Shown here one piece after another: positions 29,671 through 36,149 of a DNA stretch of 64,000 nucleotides. The notes beneath the pieces are model-generated. The model was not told the DNA's origin. It saw nothing but the letters and a program-made list of their open reading frames with translations, and ran no database searches. The stretch comes from Sphingobacteriaceae bacterium (GTDB taxonomy: Bacteria > Bacteroidota > Bacteroidia > Sphingobacteriales > Sphingobacteriaceae): the NCBI GenBank assembly GCA_947460875.1, contig CANHGR010000001.1:168681-232680 (forward strand), written 5' to 3'. A program made the position numbers and the translations under genes. Numbering within the stretch: the first letter of the stretch is position 1; the number at the start of each line of letters is the position of its first letter.

Positions 29671-31053
29671 ATGTCTCAATCCTTTGAAGATTTTAAACTG
29701 AACCGACAGATTCTCAATGCTGTTGCTGACGCAGGATATACGCTGCCAACCCCAGTACAACAAAAGGCGATTGCGCCGATTTTATCCGGACAGGATATTA
29801 TGGGAGTTGCACAGACCGGAACAGGCAAAACTGCAGCATTTGTGCTTCCCATTCTAATGAAGCTTAAGTATGCTCAGGGTTTGGATGCAAGGGCTTTAAT
29901 TTTAGCGCCAACACGCGAACTAGCGATGCAAATTGAGGAAAACATCAAAATTTTCGCAAAATATACTGATCTGCGTACAGTCGTGATATTCGGTGGCTTA
30001 GGACCAAAGACTCAAATCGAACAGATCAAAAAGGGGGTCGATATCATTGTTGCGACACCGGGCAGGTTTCTGGATTTATACTTGGCCGGCCATATTAGTA
30101 CTCAGCATATCAAGTTTATGGTGATGGATGAAGCGGATAAAATGATGGATATGGGCTTTATCGGTTCCATTCATAGAATTTTAGAAGTAGTTCCGCGAAA
30201 ACGCCAAAATCTACTTTTTTCAGCAACAATGAGCGAGCTGGTACATAAAATTTCAGGTGATTTCTTGAAGTTTCCAACAATAATTGAAGTGGCGCCACAA
30301 GCCACAACCGCAGACACTGTTAGTCAGGTTCTCTACTATGTTCCTAATTTAAAAACCAAGCTAAATCTTTTGCAACATCTGTTAAAAAATGATGAAGCCT
30401 TTTATAGGCTCATCATTTTTTGCAGAACAAAGACCGTTGCAGATAATATTTATAAGTTCTTGGAAAGACGCTATGGTGCAGAGCAAGTTCGCGTGATTCA
30501 TGCTAATAAGGGGCAGAATACACGGATTAATTCGATCAATGCGTTTAAAGAAGGCAATGTTCGAATTCTCGTTGCCACAGATGTCGCCGCAAGAGGTTTG
30601 GACGTAGTCAACGTCAGCCATGTCATTAACTTTGATGTGCCAGTGGTTATAGAGGATTACGTACACCGGATTGGAAGAACAGGACGAGCTTTGCTAAGCG
30701 GCGATGCCATTACTTTTGCAACTGAAGCTGAAAAATATTACGTTCGCAAAATTGAAAAGTTGATTCGTCAGTTTATTCCCGTTGCTGAAATTCCGGAAGG
30801 GGTGTTTATAGATGAGACTCTTTATGATGAGCGTCAAGCGATTGCAAAAGAAATAGACTTACAAAAAAGAAAGGAAAATCCCGAATTTCAAGGGGCGTTT
30901 CACGAAAAAAAGGCTAAGAATAGTAAGGGTAGTCCGGAAGTCCGAAAAGCAGGCAGTCCGAAAGGAGGGAAATCCTTGGATCATCAAGGCAAGAAGTTTG
31001 GTGGACGCAAAAAAAGTATCAAATTTGATAAGCCAGGACGAAATAAAAAATAG
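29671..31053 (+). CDS. DEAD-box ATP-dependent RNA helicase (RhlE-like) with basic C-terminal tail
   Basis: 460 aa. Q-motif (F..F.L...I...GYTLPTPVQ), AQTGTGKT, PTRELA, MDEADKM, SAT, HRIGRTGRA. Lys/Gly-rich tail. Confidence 0.9.
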   Translation: MSQSFEDFKLNRQILNAVADAGYTLPTPVQQKAIAPILSGQDIMGVAQTGTGKTAAFVLPILMKLKYAQGLDARALILAPTRELAMQIEENIKIFAKYTDLRTVVIFGGLGPKTQIEQIKKGVDIIVATPGRFLDLYLAGHISTQHIKFMVMDEADKMMDMGFIGSIHRILEVVPRKRQNLLFSATMSELVHKISGDFLKFPTIIEVAPQATTADTVSQVLYYVPNLKTKLNLLQHLLKNDEAFYRLIIFCRTKTVADNIYKFLERRYGAEQVRVIHANKGQNTRINSINAFKEGNVRILVATDVAARGLDVVNVSHVINFDVPVVIEDYVHRIGRTGRALLSGDAITFATEAEKYYVRKIEKLIRQFIPVAEIPEGVFIDETLYDERQAIAKEIDLQKRKENPEFQGAFHEKKAKNSKGSPEVRKAGSPKGGKSLDHQGKKFGGRKKSIKFDKPGRNKK

Positions 31054-31070
31054 AACGTAATTATATATAC

Positions 31071-31406
31071 ATGAAGAAAGCAGAGATTAAATTAACGATA
31101 GAACTTGACGATAATAACGTGCCTGAAACTATTCTGTGGGAATCAACCGATTCGGAGAGCAAAGAAGCATTGCCCGTTAAATCAATGATGCTCGCACTTT
31201 GGGATCATAATTATAAAAATTCATTGCGTATTGATCTGTGGACCAAGGACATGCCAGCCGATGAGATGAAACGATTTTTTTACGAAACTCTTCAGACCAT
31301 GGGTGATAGTTTTTTACGCGCAACCGGTGAAAAAAACATTGTCGAGGATCTGAGAGATTATTGCGCGCATTTTGCAGATAAAATGGAGCTGAAAGAGGGT
31401 AAATAG
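31071..31406 (+). CDS. gldC: gliding motility protein GldC
   Basis: 111 aa. IKLTIELDDNNVPETILWES...MMLALWD...LRIDLWTKDMPADEMKRFFYETL matches my memory of the GldC family. Not verified by search. Confidence 0.7.
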   Translation: MKKAEIKLTIELDDNNVPETILWESTDSESKEALPVKSMMLALWDHNYKNSLRIDLWTKDMPADEMKRFFYETLQTMGDSFLRATGEKNIVEDLRDYCAHFADKMELKEGK

Positions 31407-31421
31407 CGATACATTATAAGT

Positions 31422-31829
31422 ATGACTTTCAAAAATTATTTCGGATTATTTGGATCCTTATTGGTAGCAGCGGGCGGAATGAGTCCGATGCTTCACCTGC
31501 CTATTATTGGAAATTGGAACTACTGGGATTTAGATATCACCCTTGCAACAACCGTCTATGTTCTGGCAGCCGCTGGTTTATTGGCAACTGTGAGTGGAAA
31601 ATTTGGATTACTTCGCATTAGCGGATGGATGATTTTGATCGTATTGATTTTTACTTTGGGCGCAGTCTACTTTAAGGTGAACGATTATTTCAGCTTTGTG
31701 CCGATGAAAAAGCTAGCGGCTGCACTAACACGAGTTGTGCATTACCGCTGGCTTGGCTGGGGGATGATTTTCGCTGGTTCGATTATGATGATTCTAGCGG
31801 GAAGAAAGAAAAAAAATCAAAAAGCGTAA
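31422..31829 (+). CDS. hypothetical integral membrane protein (4 TM)
   Basis: 135-aa hydrophobic ORF with a basic C-terminus (GRKKKNQKA). No family recognised. Confidence 0.5.
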   Translation: MTFKNYFGLFGSLLVAAGGMSPMLHLPIIGNWNYWDLDITLATTVYVLAAAGLLATVSGKFGLLRISGWMILIVLIFTLGAVYFKVNDYFSFVPMKKLAAALTRVVHYRWLGWGMIFAGSIMMILAGRKKKNQKA

Positions 31830-31883
31830 AATCTGTGGTTTAGTCGTCCGGGGATGTGAAGGTGCATTAAACACCTATCGGAT

Positions 31884-32313
31884 CTAAGTAGATAAAACTG
31901 TTTGACCAATACCTGTCATTTTCGCTTCATGTTCCAGAAGCCAATTTTGCCATAATCTTCCTGCGTATCCTGCCAAATTCCCATTGCGGCCTATTAACCG
32001 GTGGCAGGGCTACAGCCAGTAAATTTTTTTCATTAGCTGATGCGATGGCACGTATTGCTAGACGACTATTCATTTTCTCGGATAGCGAAGTGTAGCTGAT
32101 CGGTCTTCCTGCAGAAATATTCATCAACTCTTTCCAGGCAGATTGCTGAAAGTCTGTGTCTTGCTGCGCGATTGGTATATCAAATTCGGCGGGTGTTCCT
32201 TCGAGATATTCCATTAGTGGGACCGTAGCATTCTGTGATATACTGTTTTCAAATTCTGTCACGGGCAAATCTCTGAACCCGATATCGTATACTTCATCAT
32301 TGTTGGCTTCCAT
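31884..32313 (-). pseudogene. ogt: methylated-DNA-protein-cysteine methyltransferase (Ogt/MGMT family) carrying a frameshift just upstream of the PCHR active site
   Basis: The track ORF (31927..32313) has [50 protein letters not shown] and then nonsense. The +1 frame from 32009 to 31884 reads [30 protein letters not shown]..., which is the canonical active site and C-terminus. A TAG lies immediately upstream in that frame. Confidence 0.75.
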
Positions 32314-32462
32314 AACAAATGTGCCTACCGGCGTCTACAGAATGAAAAGAAGTACATCCATAGTTATCTTAGGCAGATGTGTAATCAACTATAAATTGGG
32401 TCATTCCCGCACGAATCGAATTTAATCAGAAATCGTAAATTATTCATTATTATCTTTACCGC

Positions 32463-33125
32463 ATGGATCTGTTTAGTCAGGTAAAAATCTTAATTCGTAA
32501 AGAGCTCATTCTTGAATGGCGGTCGAAATATGCACTCAATGGTGTATTACTGTACGTAGTTTCGACGATTTTTGTTTGTTATCTTTCGTTTAAGGAAATT
32601 GATAACAATCCAACTTGGAACGCCTTATTCTGGATCATCATGCTCTTCGCATCAGTGAATGCTATCGCGAAAAGCTTTATGCAGGAAAATCGCGGACGCC
32701 AGTTTTATTACTATACAATTGCAAGTCCGCAGGCAGTTATCCTCTCTAAGATAGTTTACAACTCATTGCTGATGCTGTTGCTGTCGGTCATTGCGTTAGG
32801 GTTTTATACGTTGGTATTTAAAAATAGCATTGGCGATCCACTGTTTTATCTTATTTCTGTTTTGCTTGGAAGTGTAAGCTTTGCTTCAGTCTTTACAATG
32901 ATTTCAGGTATTACATCCAAAGCAAACAACAGCAGTGCATTGATGGCAATCCTAAGCTTTCCGGTTATCATCCCGATATTGATGTTATTGATTAAGTTTT
33001 CTAAAAATGCCATGGATGGTCTGGATCGAAGTGTGAGCTATGATGAAATAGGGGTGTTGTTGGGAATTAATCTTGTTGTTATTGTTATTTCACTCTTGTT
33101 ATTTCCTTACCTTTGGCGCGATTAA
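32463..33125 (+). CDS. ccmB: heme exporter protein CcmB (ABC permease)
   Basis: 220 aa, 6 TM. N-terminus KELILEWRSKYALNGVLLYV is typical of CcmB. Immediately followed by ccmC and ccmD. Confidence 0.75.
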   Translation: MDLFSQVKILIRKELILEWRSKYALNGVLLYVVSTIFVCYLSFKEIDNNPTWNALFWIIMLFASVNAIAKSFMQENRGRQFYYYTIASPQAVILSKIVYNSLLMLLLSVIALGFYTLVFKNSIGDPLFYLISVLLGSVSFASVFTMISGITSKANNSSALMAILSFPVIIPILMLLIKFSKNAMDGLDRSVSYDEIGVLLGINLVVIVISLLLFPYLWRD

Positions 33126-33135
33126 ACCAATATTC

Positions 33136-33801
33136 ATGACTAAATCCTGGTGGAAATTGCTTGGCTGTGCATTGCTGCTATATTCTGTTATTGGAGGCTT
33201 TCTGATGCCGGTTCCGGTATTGCCAATATTGAATGAAAGTATACGCAATTTGTATTTTCATGTCCCTATGTGGTTTGCAATGATTTCCTTATATTTTGTC
33301 TCGGTGGTTTATAGTCTTAAATATTTAGGGTCGGGCAAGATTGAAGATGATTTATTAGCTGTTGAATCAGTAAACACAGGAGTTATATTTTGCTTTTTCG
33401 GATTAATAAGCGGGAGTTTATGGGCAAATATCACATGGGGAGATCCGTGGCCGAATGATCCAAAGCTTAATGGTTCTGCGATCGCTACGCTTATGTATTT
33501 AGCCTATCTCGTCTTAAGAAATGCGATCGATGAAGAACAAAAACGCGCTAAAATTTCAGCAGTTTACAATGTGTTCGCTTTTCCGGTAATGATTGTGCTG
33601 ATTTATATATTGCCGAAATTAACAGATTCTTTACATCCTGGAAGCGGAGGAAATGCCGCCTTTAGCGCCCTTCCCATGGATAATATGTTAAGATTGGTTT
33701 TTTATCCTGCAGTTCTAGGTTGGGTGCTGACAGCCGTATGGATCATGACTTTACGTTATAGAATTCGTTTACTTGAAAACAGACATAATACGATTAGCTA
33801 A
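33136..33801 (+). CDS. ccmC: cytochrome c biogenesis heme-handling protein CcmC
   Basis: Start moved to ATG 33136 (MTKSWWKLLG); the track start 33073 overlaps ccmB. Trp-rich loop WANITWGDPWPNDPKL is flanked by His residues (YFHVPMW, SLHPGSG). Confidence 0.8.
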   Translation: MTKSWWKLLGCALLLYSVIGGFLMPVPVLPILNESIRNLYFHVPMWFAMISLYFVSVVYSLKYLGSGKIEDDLLAVESVNTGVIFCFFGLISGSLWANITWGDPWPNDPKLNGSAIATLMYLAYLVLRNAIDEEQKRAKISAVYNVFAFPVMIVLIYILPKLTDSLHPGSGGNAAFSALPMDNMLRLVFYPAVLGWVLTAVWIMTLRYRIRLLENRHNTIS

Positions 33802-33802
33802 A

Positions 33803-34003
33803 ATGAAAACAGTAACATCCTTTTTTCTACTTTTTTTAAGCGTTCTGCAATGTTTTGCGCAAGATGTTGAGATGGCTACCGGGCTTAGAAGTTCCGGAAA
33901 AATCTATGTCGTGGTTTTAATCGTTTCAATTATTTTTATTGGTCTTGCATTTTACCTCTTTAGTATAGACCGCCGATTAAAAAAAATTGAGCGGGAAAAC
34001 TAA
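33803..34003 (+). CDS. ccmD: CcmD-like small membrane protein
   Basis: ATG 33803 lies 1 nt after the ccmC stop. 66 aa with a signal-like N-terminus and a single TM, KIYVVVLIVSIIFIGLAFYLFSIDRRLKKIE. The track ORF start 33773 overlaps ccmC. Confidence 0.6.
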   Translation: MKTVTSFFLLFLSVLQCFAQDVEMATGLRSSGKIYVVVLIVSIIFIGLAFYLFSIDRRLKKIEREN

Positions 34004-34096
34004 TTGCATGCACATTGGTTATATTGAAGCAACGCAAAAATTAATTCCTAGAGAGTTTAGTGTGAAATATCCGAAATACATTTAGACAATCAAACG

Positions 34097-35533
34097 ATGA
34101 GTAGTCTTAATAAACACGCAAATTCGGAAATAGATTTTTTTGCTGGTGTCAACCAATTTTTTGATCACGCATCAACTTTCACCAATCACCCTAAAGGCTT
34201 ACTTGAGCAGATTAAGGCCTGCAATAGCGTATACCGTTTCCAGTTTCCGATACGGAGAGAAAATGGATTTGAAGTAATCCATGCATGGCGTGTTGAACAC
34301 TCTCATCACATGATGCCTACTAAAGGGGGTATCCGCTATAGCGAGATGGTTAACGAAAATGAGGTGATGGCACTTGCGGCCTTGATGAGTTACAAGAATG
34401 CTATTGTAAATGTTCCTTTTGGTGGCGCCAAGGGGGGCATCAAAATTAACCCGAAAAATTATAGTGTTGCAGAATTAGAGACGATTACCCGCCGATATAC
34501 AGTTGAGCTCATAAAAAAGAATTTTATCGGCCCTGGAATTGATGTGCCTGCACCGGATTATGGTTCCGGCGAGCGAGAAATGAGCTGGATAGCAGACACT
34601 TATCTTACGATGAACCCCGGCCATTTAGATGCGCTGGGTTGCGTGACAGGTAAGCCTCTTTCGCTACACGGCATCAACGGACGGAAAGAAGCTACCGGTC
34701 GGGGAGTAGCAATCGCTGTCCGCGAATGTGTGAATATCGCCGAGGATATGAAATCACTTGGTCTAGATGCAGGCTTGGCAGGTAAAAAGGTCATCGTTCA
34801 AGGATTAGGAAATGTCGGATACCATTCGGCGAAATATCTCACAGAGTTTGGGGCAACTGTTGTTGGATTATGCGAGTTTGAGGGTGCAATTTATAACCCC
34901 AACGGACTTGATGTAGAAGATGTGGTTGCCCATCGGAAAAGTACAGGCTCAATTTTGGGATTTCCAGGCGCTAAAAAAGAATTTATAAATTCATCTGAAG
35001 GTCTCGAACAAGAATGTGATATTTTAGTGCCTGCAGCATTAGAAAATCAGATTACAGACGTAAACGTCGCAAGAATAAACGCCAAAATTATCGCTGAAGC
35101 AGCGAACGGTCCAACGACGCCCGCCGCCGTAGATTACTTTATCAAAAAGGGTGGTATTATCATACCAGATATGTATTGTAACGCTGGAGGAGTTACCGTT
35201 TCTTACTTCGAGTGGCTGAAAAACCTTTCACATGTCGCTTTTGGCAGGATGGACAGACGATATGATGAGAATGCAAACTTGAATCTTATCAATACTTTAG
35301 AGAAGCTGACAGGCACGCTGTTAGATCCTGAACAGAGAAGATTAATCATTAAAGGAGCTTCAGAGCTCGAACTTGTTAATTCTGGACTCGAAGATACGAT
35401 GATCAGAGCCTACCATGAGATAAGAGATATCAAAATGAGTGACAGTAAGATAGGTAGTCTGCGTACCGCCGCGTTTATCGGCTCGATTAATAAAATTGCG
35501 ATTTCTTACATGAACATGGGCATCTGGCCTTAA
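34097..35533 (+). CDS. gdh: Glu/Leu/Phe/Val dehydrogenase family (glutamate dehydrogenase)
   Basis: 478 aa. KGGIRYS, VPFGGAKGGI (catalytic Lys motif), GxGNVG Rossmann (VQGLGNVG). Confidence 0.85.
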   Translation: MSSLNKHANSEIDFFAGVNQFFDHASTFTNHPKGLLEQIKACNSVYRFQFPIRRENGFEVIHAWRVEHSHHMMPTKGGIRYSEMVNENEVMALAALMSYKNAIVNVPFGGAKGGIKINPKNYSVAELETITRRYTVELIKKNFIGPGIDVPAPDYGSGEREMSWIADTYLTMNPGHLDALGCVTGKPLSLHGINGRKEATGRGVAIAVRECVNIAEDMKSLGLDAGLAGKKVIVQGLGNVGYHSAKYLTEFGATVVGLCEFEGAIYNPNGLDVEDVVAHRKSTGSILGFPGAKKEFINSSEGLEQECDILVPAALENQITDVNVARINAKIIAEAANGPTTPAAVDYFIKKGGIIIPDMYCNAGGVTVSYFEWLKNLSHVAFGRMDRRYDENANLNLINTLEKLTGTLLDPEQRRLIIKGASELELVNSGLEDTMIRAYHEIRDIKMSDSKIGSLRTAAFIGSINKIAISYMNMGIWP

Positions 35534-35688
35534 GTCAACCAATGGTTCCAACTTCAACCGATGACTCTAAGTTCATCCGATTAATAAATTAGATAACCAT
35601 TAAGTGATCCGATAATATTCGAGTCTCCCGATCTTCTGACTTCCTAGTATAACATTTCTATTATAAATAGTTTTTACCGCGTTTTTAT

Positions 35689-35696
35689 GTAATTTT
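35689..35696 (+). promoter_or_regulatory. candidate -7 promoter box (TAnnTTTG) for ccmEF
   Basis: TAATTTTG lies 38 nt upstream of the ccmE ATG, within a 200-bp intergenic region after gdh. Confidence 0.35.
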
Positions 35697-35734
35697 GCAG
35701 CATCAAACCAGTTTGGTGCTAAAATGCTTTTATC

Positions 35735-36139
35735 ATGAAAAAAAGCTCGATTATTGGAATTGTTATCATCGCTGTCGCTATTGCTGCAATTATCAGTACT
35801 TATGCAGATTCCAGCACGTATGGAACCTTTACAGATGCAAAGGGAAGCAGCTATGAACTATATGTTACTGGTCAGCTCAACAAGAAAAAAGAACTCTCTT
35901 ACGATCCAATAAAAGATGCCAATTACTTTTCGTTTTATCTGGTTGATGAGCAGGGCGGAGAATGCAAAGTAGTATTTAACGGCACTAAGCCGCAGGATTT
36001 TGAGCGTTCAGAACAAATTGTCCTGACCGGTAAAATGATTGGAGAAGAATTTCACGCTTCGAAGATCCTCATGAAATGTCCGTCGAAATACTCTAAAGGT
36101 GAGGTGGAGGTTACAGAAGCCAAAGCCGCCACGATCTAA
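35735..36139 (+). CDS. ccmE: cytochrome c maturation heme chaperone CcmE, CxxxY variant
   Basis: 134 aa. N-terminal TM anchor, OB-fold-like body (VTGQL...FYLVDEQGGECKVVFNG), and C-terminal KCPSKY where canonical CcmE has HxxxY. Followed by ccmF after a 10-nt gap. Confidence 0.8.
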   Translation: MKKSSIIGIVIIAVAIAAIISTYADSSTYGTFTDAKGSSYELYVTGQLNKKKELSYDPIKDANYFSFYLVDEQGGECKVVFNGTKPQDFERSEQIVLTGKMIGEEFHASKILMKCPSKYSKGEVEVTEAKAATI

Positions 36140-36149
36140 AACTTTTTAA

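Noticed and set aside
33073-33135. N-terminal extension of the ccmC ORF overlapping ccmB by 53 nt, and the similar 33773 start for ccmD
   Set aside because: These are longest-ORF artefacts. The internal ATGs at 33136 and 33803 give canonical N-termini and tight non-overlapping spacing.
34097-35533. gdh as a horizontally acquired insertion into the ccm cluster
   Set aside because: There are no flanking repeats, integrase genes or tRNA, and no base-composition change visible by eye. I cannot compute GC or codon statistics here, so I report only the interruption of the cluster, not a transfer event.
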